A DNA stretch of 64,000 nucleotides. Origin: a virus. Positions 1 through 8,103 of this stretch are shown one piece after another (the first letter of the stretch is position 1; the number at the start of each line of letters is the position of its first letter). Position numbers and translations under genes: made by a program. The stretch lies in IMG/VR virus record IMGVR_UViG_3300030102_007485, positions 1 to 64,000 of that record. One strand, 5' to 3'. The notes beneath the pieces were generated by a model that had not been told where the DNA came from, ran no database searches, and saw nothing but the letters and a program-made list of their open reading frames with translations.

Positions 1-77
1 ATGTTTTTTTCTTGCTCGGGGACAAGATCGGTCATAGTGGTATCGGTCGTGTTCTTGACACTTTGTGGATTTTCTAA
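1..77 (+). CDS. 3' part of a small hydrophobic peptide (..VFFLLGDKIGHSGIGRVLDTLWIF*), paralog of 2733-2843; 5' end lies outside the window
   Basis: Frame starting at nt 3 ends at TAA 75-77. It is near-identical in protein to 2733-2843, with many synonymous changes. Confidence 0.8.
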   Translation, partial: VFFLLGDKIGHSGIGRVLDTLWIF

Positions 78-93
78 GAAAGGTTGTGATTTA

Positions 94-276
94 ATGAATT
101 TTCAAGAATGGATGAACGAAGTAGACAAAGAGTTGGTAATCGAGACCGGATTAGATTCAAGCGATTTACCGGATGTGTTTTATATGGGAATGTTTGAAGA
201 CAACGTATCACCCTGTGATGCCGCGGCTGAAGCATTAGACCATGCAGGTTTTTTTGACTGCTTAACTTTTGGATAG
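94..276 (+). CDS. Small acidic early protein (60 aa)
   Basis: ATG 94 follows AAGAAAGG. The track start at nt 1 overlaps the upstream peptide gene. Confidence 0.75.
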   Translation: MNFQEWMNEVDKELVIETGLDSSDLPDVFYMGMFEDNVSPCDAAAEALDHAGFFDCLTFG

Positions 277-288
277 GAGGTGAGGGAA

Positions 289-357
289 ATGTCGCGACGA
301 AAAGCAAATAAGGTTGCCAGAAAAGTATGGGCAAGCGTAAAGAGAAAGAAAAAGTAA
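289..357 (+). CDS. 22-aa very basic peptide MSRRKANKVARKVWASVKRKKK
   Basis: Strong SD AGGAGGTGAGG upstream; fills the gap before the next promoter. Confidence 0.55.
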   Translation: MSRRKANKVARKVWASVKRKKK

Positions 358-412
358 AAAACATTTGACATATTGAAATCTGTTTGATAAAGTACATACA
401 CAATCAAGGAAA
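356..412 (+). promoter_or_regulatory. Sigma70-type early promoter, cassette 1
   Basis: A-tract, TTGACA 365-370, 17 bp, TG-n-TAAAGT 388-393, then ACACAATCAAGGA. Confidence 0.85.
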
Positions 413-428
413 CGTAAAGGGATATACA

Positions 429-659
429 ATGCGAAACGGACAAGTAATTGCAGCATGGTTGCGAGGTGACATTGCGGGAAGTGCGAACCTTACAACGAAT
501 GGTCAAGACATCTTTTCTTATCAGTTACAAATTGGAGAGACTCGCAACGGTGAAAAGGTTGCTTTTGACTATACTTCCGGCGGTCTTCGAGAATACTATT
601 CACAGACCACCTCAAAGCACGTTGGGATGATCAAAAGAGTCGCGGACATTATAGAATAA
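429..659 (+). CDS. Hypothetical early protein (76 aa)
   Basis: ATG 429 after AAGGGA, directly downstream of a promoter. Confidence 0.8.
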   Translation: MRNGQVIAAWLRGDIAGSANLTTNGQDIFSYQLQIGETRNGEKVAFDYTSGGLREYYSQTTSKHVGMIKRVADIIE

Positions 660-715
660 AAAAACATTTGACAGACTGAAAGTTGCTTGATAAAGTATAT
701 ACACAATCAAGGAGG
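658..715 (+). promoter_or_regulatory. Sigma70-type early promoter, cassette 2
   Basis: TTGACA 668-673, 17 bp, TG-n-TAAAGT 691-696, then ACACAATCAAGGAGG. Confidence 0.85.
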
Positions 716-723
716 CATGAACG

Positions 724-903
724 ATGCGAGTCCAAAATAGTTGGAAGAACAGAAAAGACTTGGCGATTGAAGTTGTTGGCGATATGACGCTTGAAGAGTT
801 GAAGACAATCGCTCTCGATCACATGATTGATATGTATGAGAAAGACTCCAAAGAATTCATTGCGGATTGGGTGCTTTATTACATGGATGAAAAAAAAGAA
901 TAA
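724..903 (+). CDS. Hypothetical early protein (59 aa, MRVQNSWKNR...), not in the ORF track
   Basis: SD AAGGAGG, ATG 724, TAA 901-903. Confidence 0.8.
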   Translation: MRVQNSWKNRKDLAIEVVGDMTLEELKTIALDHMIDMYEKDSKEFIADWVLYYMDEKKE

Positions 904-957
904 AAGCACTTGACTTTGTTTGTGTGTTTGATATGATGATATCACGAGTTAAGGAGA
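902..957 (+). promoter_or_regulatory. Sigma70-type early promoter, cassette 3
   Basis: TTGACT 910-915, 16 bp, TG-n-TATGAT 932-937, SD AAGGAG. Confidence 0.8.
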
Positions 958-962
958 GATAA

Positions 963-1169
963 ATGATAAGCAACCACCAACACGTTCTTGCTCTTATTGA
1001 GAATGCAGTCTGCGATGCTCTAATGGATATCAGTGAAGACTCTGGATTGACCATCGCAGAAGCGCAGCGCCTAATCTTTAAGGAAGTCTTAACGGAGGAT
1101 GATGATAGTCTTGAGTATTCTGTCTTGCAGGGGTTGAACGCATATTTATGTGATGTCATGTTGGGGTAA
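963..1169 (+). CDS. Acidic early protein, probable paralog of 1680-1904
   Basis: SD and promoter present; shares the pattern QH(V/I)L..I..A...AL...GL(T/S)I.EA. Confidence 0.8.
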   Translation: MISNHQHVLALIENAVCDALMDISEDSGLTIAEAQRLIFKEVLTEDDDSLEYSVLQGLNAYLCDVMLG

Positions 1170-1222
1170 AAAAGATTTGACATAATCAAATCTGTTTGAT
1201 ATAGTATAAACACAATCAAGGA
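1168..1222 (+). promoter_or_regulatory. Sigma70-type early promoter, cassette 4
   Basis: TTGACA 1177-1182, 17 bp, TG-n-TATAGT 1200-1205, then ACACAATCAAGGA. Confidence 0.85.
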
Positions 1223-1237
1223 AAAAGGTTAAAACAA

Positions 1238-1453
1238 ATGAACAAGTTCAATTATCTTTATGTGCTTCAGGGTGATTATGGTTATGGTCATTGGGATGAC
1301 CTAAGCGCCGCCGAAAAAACCTTCAAGGGATGGAAAGAAATTAAAGCAGACAAGAAGTGTTATGTAGAGAATGAAGGTGGCAGATATAGAATCATTGAAC
1401 GCAGAGAGTTGAATCCAGAATGGATAAAATTCCAGAATGATAAAAATAAATAA
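1238..1453 (+). CDS. Hypothetical early protein (71 aa)
   Basis: ORF track; follows a promoter and SD. Confidence 0.8.
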   Translation: MNKFNYLYVLQGDYGYGHWDDLSAAEKTFKGWKEIKADKKCYVENEGGRYRIIERRELNPEWIKFQNDKNK

Positions 1454-1495
1454 AAAAAGTATTTGACTTTCCGCGAATGCTTTGATATTATAGAG
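1452..1495 (+). promoter_or_regulatory. Sigma70-type early promoter, cassette 5
   Basis: TTGACT 1463-1468, 17 bp, TG-n-TATTAT 1486-1491. Confidence 0.8.
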
Positions 1496-1516
1496 TCATA
1501 AGGTGAGGGGATTAGA

Positions 1517-1621
1517 ATGAAGTTTGAAATTGATTTACAGGAAGTCGTTGTCATTACAGTGGATACTTTAATTGTTGCATCTATTGGTTTACTATGTGTT
1601 ATTGCCCTTGGCATCCTATAG
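1517..1621 (+). CDS. 34-aa single-TM peptide MKFEIDLQEVVVITVDTLIVASIGLLCVIALGIL
   Basis: SD GAGGGG, ATG 1517, TAG 1619-1621; hydrophobic C-terminal half. Confidence 0.65.
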   Translation: MKFEIDLQEVVVITVDTLIVASIGLLCVIALGIL

Positions 1622-1679
1622 ACCGAGAAACGCCGCCCGCGTGCGTTTACGCGCCAATTTTTTTCTAACAGGAGTTGTA

Positions 1680-1904
1680 ATGTCCGCAAATAAAAAAGAA
1701 GTTCAGCATATCCTTGACTCTATAGCGTATGCAACCTATAATGCTCTGGAGGAATTAGGTTTAAGCATTGAGGAAGCAAATAGTATTATGGAGCATGTAA
1801 CCTTGGATAGGCAGGTAGAGTCTAATGCTCGTCTAGGAATGTTGGACTATGAAAGAAAGTTAAGACTTTGCGGCGGACCTAGGCAACGCATTGTTAACCT
1901 GTAA
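1680..1904 (+). CDS. Early protein, probable paralog of 963-1169
   Basis: SD AGGAG, ATG 1680. Confidence 0.75.
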   Translation: MSANKKEVQHILDSIAYATYNALEELGLSIEEANSIMEHVTLDRQVESNARLGMLDYERKLRLCGGPRQRIVNL

Positions 1905-1940
1905 AGATTGCGAGACAGAAAAAGAAAAGGATTAAAACCA

Positions 1941-2249
1941 ATGAACCGTCAACAATACTTGAAGAGACTGGAAACATACAATAGATTGATTGATAACCTG
2001 CTACAGGAGACGCTATCGCTCAAGTATTGTTTAGCGGATAAGTATCAAGATCTAAACTTTGCAGACAAAAAAGAAATTCAGTTAAATGCTGATAAAGAGT
2101 TGTTGACATTAAAGAATCTATATGATAACTTCGAGAGACTAAAAGAAGAAAAGATAAACTTTCTTCAAGAGTATGGAATGAAGTTTAAGGTACCAGCGGG
2201 TTATTACTATGAACCGCTAAGAGACGATTTATATACAAGGGATGTATAA
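1941..2249 (+). CDS. Hypothetical coiled-coil early protein
   Basis: ATG 1941 after AAAGG; ORF track. Confidence 0.7.
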   Translation: MNRQQYLKRLETYNRLIDNLLQETLSLKYCLADKYQDLNFADKKEIQLNADKELLTLKNLYDNFERLKEEKINFLQEYGMKFKVPAGYYYEPLRDDLYTRDV

Positions 2250-2520
2250 CATGGAAACTATATGGCGACCAAGCACAGGCGATTACATTCAGGTATGGGA
2301 TACTATGCCTTCATCTTGTCGCATTCAGAATCATGGCGAGTATGGTTTAATTGTCGGAGAGTCTAAGAAGACAGACTCATTCCTAAACGATAGGGGTGTA
2401 AGAGTTTATCTTAAACATATCATTGAGGGAGAAGTTTATAAGGTTCTATTGGATGGGCACGATGAAATAGTCCACGTTAGTCAATACTGGTTACGCAATG
2501 CTCATGGTGGTCATCGGTAG
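2242..2520 (+). CDS. Hypothetical protein (SH3-like beta pattern)
   Basis: ORF track; overlaps the upstream stop. Confidence 0.65.
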   Translation: MYNMETIWRPSTGDYIQVWDTMPSSCRIQNHGEYGLIVGESKKTDSFLNDRGVRVYLKHIIEGEVYKVLLDGHDEIVHVSQYWLRNAHGGHR

Positions 2521-2662
2521 TCTATAGTATAATGAAAGGAAATGTTTATAAGTGAGAATACTTGTTAATATGTGGGTAAGTGTGGGATAGGGTGTTAGAC
2601 CTCATACACGTTCTATCTATCCATTGCAACAAGAAAAAGCAGAATAAAAACGCATTTATTTG

Positions 2663-2705
2663 AAAATAACGCTTGACTTTCGCATATAACCTGATATGAT
2701 GTATA
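2663..2705 (+). promoter_or_regulatory. Sigma70-type early promoter, cassette 6
   Basis: TTGACT 2673-2678, 16 bp, TG-n-TATGAT 2695-2700. Confidence 0.75.
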
Positions 2706-2732
2706 CACGTTAAACGATGAAAGGCATTCAAA

Positions 2733-2843
2733 ATGCTAGACAAGATCGGTGCAGTATCAATCCTTTATGTGTTCTTTCTACTTGGCGACAAGATCGGTCA
2801 TGGTGGAGTGGGCAAGGTTCTAAATACTTTGTGGATATTCTAA
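2733..2843 (+). CDS. 36-aa hydrophobic peptide MLDKIGAVSILYVFFLLGDKIGHGGVGKVLNTLWIF
   Basis: Own promoter, SD GAAAGG, and a paralog at 1-77. Confidence 0.8.
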   Translation: MLDKIGAVSILYVFFLLGDKIGHGGVGKVLNTLWIF

Positions 2844-2852
2844 AAAAAAGTT

Positions 2853-2896
2853 AAATAAATACTTGCTTTATTAGAATCAGTCCGATATAGTATAAA
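2853..2896 (+). promoter_or_regulatory. Sigma70-type early promoter, cassette 7
   Basis: TTGCTT 2863-2868, 17 bp, TATAGT 2886-2891. Confidence 0.7.
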
Positions 2897-2921
2897 AGTG
2901 ATCAGGGGAAAGGATACACAA

Positions 2922-3011
2922 ATGGGATACCTAAGCAACCAAGACGCAATACTCATCACAAAGATTCTCGGATACTTCGCGCTCATCATCGCGACCGTCT
3001 CAGTACTGTAA
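2922..3011 (+). CDS. 29-aa membrane peptide MGYLSNQDAILITKILGYFALIIATVSVL
   Basis: SD AAAGGA; hydrophobic C-terminus. Confidence 0.6.
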   Translation: MGYLSNQDAILITKILGYFALIIATVSVL

Positions 3012-3021
3012 GGGGATTATC

Positions 3022-3198
3022 ATGTTAGAGCAAATCAAAGCGATCCAAGCAAAGGCAAACGCAATCGAGACCAAATGGTCTGCCCACTGGGAAGAACACC
3101 CGCACGGCGACATCATTCTAGGCAACGTTGACCCAATGGGTGAGGATAACGCAAACATCCTACCTGCACCTACATCAAGCGCCAAGGGAGATAAATAA
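3022..3198 (+). CDS. Hypothetical protein (58 aa, MLEQIKAIQA...)
   Basis: SD AAGGGGA, ATG 3022, TAA 3196-3198. Confidence 0.65.
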   Translation: MLEQIKAIQAKANAIETKWSAHWEEHPHGDIILGNVDPMGEDNANILPAPTSSAKGDK

Positions 3199-3199
3199 A

Positions 3200-3316
3200 A
3201 TGTTTAATTCTAGATCCGCAATGAATCGTTATCATAACTCTCACCGATATCAGCGCGCCTTGTACCGCAAGGTAAGGACAACGCGACCACAACCACCCAC
3301 AACGCCTACAATGTAG
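3200..3316 (+). CDS. 38-aa basic peptide
   Basis: SD AGGGAG, ATG 3200; last ORF before the terminator. Confidence 0.5.
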   Translation: MFNSRSAMNRYHNSHRYQRALYRKVRTTRPQPPTTPTM

Positions 3317-3335
3317 GACACAGCACACACCATCT

Positions 3336-3371
3336 TACCTCCGCTTACTTTGTAGGTGGGGGTATTTTTTT
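3336..3371 (+). terminator. Intrinsic terminator closing the early array
   Basis: Stem TACCTCCGCTTAC / GTAGGTGGGGGTA (with G-U pairs) followed by a T-run. Confidence 0.75.
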
Positions 3372-3576
3372 ATCTTACTTATCCTACATTGTTTTACATG
3401 TAGGTTCATTTCTTACAGTGTGTTTCTTTGTCTTACATGTGGGACCCCCTCCCCCCCCGGAATACATCTCGTACACTATCCTACCTGTAGGTGCGCGCCC
3501 AAATACACGAGCAACACGCGCCCAAAAATTTTGAGATTTTAAAAACGAAGCAAAACTAGTTATAATAGCGCAGGGA

Positions 3577-4062
3577 GTGCAAGTGAGAAGATTACTAGTG
3601 GCAGTTTTAGCGGTAGGTACTTTGAGTTGTGAGATAAGACAAGTCAATAAAGTGGTACCAAACGAAGAGCAAGTCAAGACGGATCTATTCAAGATATACA
3701 ATAACGAACAAGATTACATCACCGGAAAAGATTGGAACACAATGCTAGAGTTGCGAAAAGAACTAGCAAAACCAGAGAACCCCAAACTTATAGTGATCAC
3801 GCAAGCACCATGCGCGAAGTCGATGCTACTGCATCGACAGATAAGGAAAAGCAACCTAAGAGACCAAGTGCAGATACTAGATTTGAAAGAAGAGTGGGTA
3901 TATAGACTACTGTTGGGCGTGGAAGATTTAGAACGAGTCCCAGCGTTGATAGTGTTTTGGGAAAACGGACCACACAAGTTAAAAGTAGTACATGAACCCC
4001 ATGAAATAATTCGCAAGGTCAGATATTGGTCAGTCAGAAAAAATCGCCAGCAAAAAAAATGA
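3577..4062 (+). CDS. Thioredoxin-like lipoprotein, CxxS variant
   Basis: Signal peptide ending TLSC; PCAKS motif; VPAL cis-Pro motif; aligns with 23756-24190. Confidence 0.6.
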   Translation: MQVRRLLVAVLAVGTLSCEIRQVNKVVPNEEQVKTDLFKIYNNEQDYITGKDWNTMLELRKELAKPENPKLIVITQAPCAKSMLLHRQIRKSNLRDQVQILDLKEEWVYRLLLGVEDLERVPALIVFWENGPHKLKVVHEPHEIIRKVRYWSVRKNRQQKK

Positions 4063-4097
4063 GATTTTAAGATATATATTATAGGCAAGGATACCCA

Positions 4098-5747
4098 ATG
4101 AGCGTTAAGAAAACAATAACCAACAACTATACAATCAACTTTAAAGAAGATGTGATACCTCAATACGGTGGTACTGAGACTTCAACCGCGGTAACAGACT
4201 TCGCTGTAACAGTGCGCAGGTCAGGATCCGATACAGCATCAGGTGATCGTGTAGGGTTTGTCACAAGAATGTGCAAACGCAAAAGCACTGCAGGCAGTTC
4301 GCCGTCGGATACAACAACAATACTTGCTTGGAGCGCGCCTAATTGGGATGGCGCTAAGGAAACAAACCTTGGCGCGGTATATCTCGTAAGTTCGAGTGCA
4401 GAAAGTTCCGTGGGCACTAACGGTAGTACCACGAATAGATGGGGAGATAACATAGGTCAATTCCCAGCAATGCGTTTAACTACATCTTTAGACACTAACC
4501 CTGGTAATGGTGGATCTGGCGGGCAGCGTACATTAGGTTCTATGCCAGGATGGGGAAGCACCTATTGGACTTCCCGACATCATGGTTTAACCGTTGACTG
4601 TAATATATGGGACAGCATTAACGGTTACTATATTAATCGAGTTATTGCTGGCGCTACCAGACACTACGGTGCCGCTGCTAATGGTAGCAATACTTATATA
4701 GGATGCGTTCATATCTGGGATATGCCCGCGGGTGTCGGTAATACAGATTTTATTACCGAGTATGTTGTTACCGCGTCTAATGCAGCATCTTCAGGGGATG
4801 AGTTCGGTGCAGAGGTCTGCGCAGTTTCAAACAATTTTGGTAGTTACTTTTTTGTATCTGAAGTCTCTAAGGACGTTGCCGGCAAGAATGCCATGGGACA
4901 AGTGCACGCATATGCTTTTAACAAGTCAAACGACCCACACCTTTACCTGGGTGCAATCAATTCTCCCGTTAGTGAGTCTAGTGCATACTGGGCAAGTTCC
5001 CTTGCTGCGGATGGAACAACATTGGTTGGCGGTATGTTGCAAAAATATAAAGCAGGCATCTTTAAACAAGTTGGATCAGCAGAATGGGCACACATACAAA
5101 CCCTTACTCACCCAAGTGGCGCAGGCGCATCAACATTCCAATATGGTTCGTCTGTGGCAGTTTGTGGGGAGTATGTTGCTGTTGGTGCACCTAGAGACGA
5201 AGAAACGGAAAGTTCCGGTTATGGTGCAGGTATGGTGTTTATATATAAGTCTGGTAGTTCTGGTTATGCACTCGAAGACGAACTTTACCTTACCGCTTCT
5301 GGTACCACTATCACCAAACTTAGTCATTTCGGTGCGCATGTCGAACTTGATACTAAAGGAACTGATAAGTATATTATCGTTGGCGCACCCCAATACGGCG
5401 AAACTGGAGAAGATCCTGGTCGTGTTGAGATCTTTAAAAGTGGATCCTCCGGATGGGCAACTCATAAGATTTACGCCCCTCATGGAGCAAACGATTACGA
5501 GTACTTAGGTTGTTCTGTTGATATTACTGGTGGCGTTGCTGTGGCAGGCGCTTATAACGATAGAGTAAGTGGAGATAGCAATAGCGGTGTGTTAGCGGGG
5601 CAAACTTATATATATGATGCAACCTCTGTTACTACCTCCACTACGACCAATAGTGGACACCCATTTAGGTTTGGCGCTAAGACTGTTTCTAACATTAGAG
5701 GGATCGGTGCTGGTACTAATATAAAGATCACTACGGATAACGAATAA
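4098..5747 (+). CDS. FG-GAP repeat beta-propeller, probably a virion or adsorption protein
   Basis: Repeats such as YGSSVAV..VAVGAP, FGAHV..IVGAP and LGCSVDI..VAGAY; Gly/Ser/Thr-rich. Confidence 0.8.
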   Translation: MSVKKTITNNYTINFKEDVIPQYGGTETSTAVTDFAVTVRRSGSDTASGDRVGFVTRMCKRKSTAGSSPSDTTTILAWSAPNWDGAKETNLGAVYLVSSSAESSVGTNGSTTNRWGDNIGQFPAMRLTTSLDTNPGNGGSGGQRTLGSMPGWGSTYWTSRHHGLTVDCNIWDSINGYYINRVIAGATRHYGAAANGSNTYIGCVHIWDMPAGVGNTDFITEYVVTASNAASSGDEFGAEVCAVSNNFGSYFFVSEVSKDVAGKNAMGQVHAYAFNKSNDPHLYLGAINSPVSESSAYWASSLAADGTTLVGGMLQKYKAGIFKQVGSAEWAHIQTLTHPSGAGASTFQYGSSVAVCGEYVAVGAPRDEETESSGYGAGMVFIYKSGSSGYALEDELYLTASGTTITKLSHFGAHVELDTKGTDKYIIVGAPQYGETGEDPGRVEIFKSGSSGWATHKIYAPHGANDYEYLGCSVDITGGVAVAGAYNDRVSGDSNSGVLAGQTYIYDATSVTTSTTTNSGHPFRFGAKTVSNIRGIGAGTNIKITTDNE

Positions 5748-5784
5748 CATAAAAATTTTTTCCCGCGAAAACGCGATAAAATAG

Positions 5785-5792
5785 ACTAATTA
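5785..5792 (+). promoter_or_regulatory. Putative late promoter ACTAATTA, leaderless (4 nt to ATG)
   Basis: The same motif and spacing recur at 16022, 21493, 47989 and 26602 (minus strand). Confidence 0.65.
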
Positions 5793-5796
5793 CAAT

Positions 5797-8103
5797 ATGA
5801 TTAAAATAAAAATTTCTCCCGAAGAAAAAATCGGCGGTTGTGGGACGCCACTTGTTGAAGCACGGGTTAAGGATGTTAAGGCAAAATATCCCGAACTAAC
5901 CCAATCCGATTGGATCGACTGGGCACGCAAAAACATTGCTGAAAAGATCAGCGATAAAGCAGTTTCTAAATATCTCCTCTATTGGGCAAAAGCAATGGAC
6001 GTCCAATTCAAAGGCGAAACGGCAGAAGAACTAAAGGGAAGCGATGATGTCATGGAGATTGCCAAAGTCATGCTTGACCTGATTGCCAAGTTTGAAGCAA
6101 ACCAGTCCCGCTTAAAAGAAAAAGATATCTATAAATACGATGTACCAGAACTTGAAAAAGCAATTAAAGATCTTGGTCTTTCATCGCGAGAAAAGAAATC
6201 AAAAGAAAAAGAAAAAGCGATTGAAGGATCCGAAATCGTATATGAAGAAGACGACATGTTTGCTGTCCGACCCTACACCGAAGGTGCTTCATGTTTCTAC
6301 GGAACAAACACCAGATGGTGCATTTCAGCAACACAATCTAGAAACTACTTTGCTCAGTACACCGAGGAAAGAAAAGGTTTCGTCATGGTTAGAATGGAAA
6401 ATTTACCAGAACAAGACGATGATAGAAGGATTGCTTTAGTGTTCGATCAATACGGTGATTTTGATGAGGCATATGATGCCCCCGACAATCAAATGGGATA
6501 TAAAGAAGTCCGCGATGTTATTGCAAGAAACTGGAGCGTTGGTCAAGGACAGGACGATAATTTATATAATAACCTTGAAGACGAAGATCAAGAGATAGTG
6601 CAATCAATTCTGGATAAACTTATGGATGCTGGCAGAGATAACATCCTAGATAACCCACCTGAAGGCGAAAGCATTGAGTCAAAATTAGAAGAATTAGAGC
6701 AAAGGTATGAATCAGAAATAGAACATGCTTATTTTAGTTCTGAGGCATACGATGATAGTTTTTGGTTTAGTGGTGGGTTTGACATTCAATTGGATCCAGA
6801 CAAACTAACAGCAGAACTTGACGACCAAGACTGGCGCGATCTTGCTGATGCTTCCGAAGAGATTCTGTCAAGTCTTGATAGGGAGTTGCAGATATATGCC
6901 TCTGAGGTTGATATCGAAGAAAGCGGCAGAGTCATGATCTCACTGAGCACTGATGAATTCGACCTTACTATTGATAGTTATGAGAATTTCCTGGAAGGAC
7001 TTGCAGAGGCAGACAAAAGATATAAAGGAATCTTAAGACTGATCGCAAAAGAGTTTATGGACCGCGGTTGGATGGGTGGCACCGACTACGACTCATTTAC
7101 TGAACAACTTAGCACCTTAAGTGATAAACTTACTAACTTTACAATCTCTCAAGATTCTGATCTAGGAGAAGAAGAAATTATTTTTAAATCTGAACCTTTT
7201 CGTGTCCCGGACGTTGATTATGGTTTTCTCAGGGACACTTTAAAAAGTGATTTGTCGAATCCAACAGTCAACGATAAAGTGTCAAAAGCAGTATCTGGTT
7301 TGAATAACAAGATCGTTTCTTTACTTAGAAAACAATTGCCCTTGCCAGGAATCCCACAAGCAAAGTTAAAAGAGTTCACTATCCCAGAGATGCTCAAGGT
7401 CAGACTTAAGTTTCATGACGGATCAGTGTGGGCACAAGTAAGATTAACAATTGATGATGTTGAAATTACAAAAGATTCTATAGATATGACTGTAGATGTT
7501 GCCAACTTTATTGACAACAATTTTCAAGAAATTGTAGAAATGGTAGTGAAAGTTGTGCATAGCGAAAGCGAAAATTATGTAAATCAAAACTCTTTAGATG
7601 AAGTAAAAAACAAGATTCGTGCAATGATCGAAGAAAAGATTGCTGCTAAACTTGCTGAGAAGAAAGATGCTTGCTATCATAAAGTAAAGTCAAGATATAA
7701 GGTTTGGCCCAGTGCATATGCCTCTGGCGCTCTAGTGAAGTGCAGAAAGGTCGGTGCTAAGAACTGGGGCAACAAATCCAAGAAAAAGGCAAACGAGTCT
7801 CACTGTACCGACGATGATGACAAAGATTCTGTAGACGAGAAAAGAAAACTAACTAAAAAACCAGGTTCTGAAAGCAATCTTGGGGACTGGTTTAAACGAA
7901 AGGGGGAGAAGGGATCCAAGAGCGGATGGGTTGACTGCAACACTTGTAGAAAAGATAAAAAAACAGGTAGAAAGACCTGCAAGGCATGTGGAAGATCTTC
8001 GGGCGAAAAGAGAGCAAAGTTTCCAAAGTGTCGCCCAACCCCTGGTGCTTGTAGTAAGAAAGGTAACTACGGCAAAAAGTCTAAAGCAGGAAAAAAGGGA
8101 TAG
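5797..8103 (+). CDS. Multidomain protein: PcfJ-like YGxxTxWC domain, acidic core and C-terminal basic Cys modules
   Basis: ASCFYGTNTRWCIS motif; C-terminal DACYHKVKSRYKVWPSAYASG and WVDCNTC modules of the kind seen in T4-like phage hypothetical proteins. Confidence 0.7.
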   Translation: MIKIKISPEEKIGGCGTPLVEARVKDVKAKYPELTQSDWIDWARKNIAEKISDKAVSKYLLYWAKAMDVQFKGETAEELKGSDDVMEIAKVMLDLIAKFEANQSRLKEKDIYKYDVPELEKAIKDLGLSSREKKSKEKEKAIEGSEIVYEEDDMFAVRPYTEGASCFYGTNTRWCISATQSRNYFAQYTEERKGFVMVRMENLPEQDDDRRIALVFDQYGDFDEAYDAPDNQMGYKEVRDVIARNWSVGQGQDDNLYNNLEDEDQEIVQSILDKLMDAGRDNILDNPPEGESIESKLEELEQRYESEIEHAYFSSEAYDDSFWFSGGFDIQLDPDKLTAELDDQDWRDLADASEEILSSLDRELQIYASEVDIEESGRVMISLSTDEFDLTIDSYENFLEGLAEADKRYKGILRLIAKEFMDRGWMGGTDYDSFTEQLSTLSDKLTNFTISQDSDLGEEEIIFKSEPFRVPDVDYGFLRDTLKSDLSNPTVNDKVSKAVSGLNNKIVSLLRKQLPLPGIPQAKLKEFTIPEMLKVRLKFHDGSVWAQVRLTIDDVEITKDSIDMTVDVANFIDNNFQEIVEMVVKVVHSESENYVNQNSLDEVKNKIRAMIEEKIAAKLAEKKDACYHKVKSRYKVWPSAYASGALVKCRKVGAKNWGNKSKKKANESHCTDDDDKDSVDEKRKLTKKPGSESNLGDWFKRKGEKGSKSGWVDCNTCRKDKKTGRKTCKACGRSSGEKRAKFPKCRPTPGACSKKGNYGKKSKAGKKG

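Noticed and set aside
1-276. Track ORF of 91 aa starting at nt 1
   Set aside because: The start is an edge artefact. Nt 3-77 code in another frame (paralog evidence), and the SD-supported start is 94.
356-1222. Spaced repeats as a CRISPR array or integron attC sites
   Set aside because: The repeats are degenerate promoter/RBS blocks separated by whole ORFs. They are not palindromic, and no cas operon or integrase is present.
4732-5508. 258-aa same-strand overlapping ORF
   Set aside because: No SD or recognisable motifs. It is explained by the host gene's preference for NTT over NTA/NTG codons, which removes stops from this frame.
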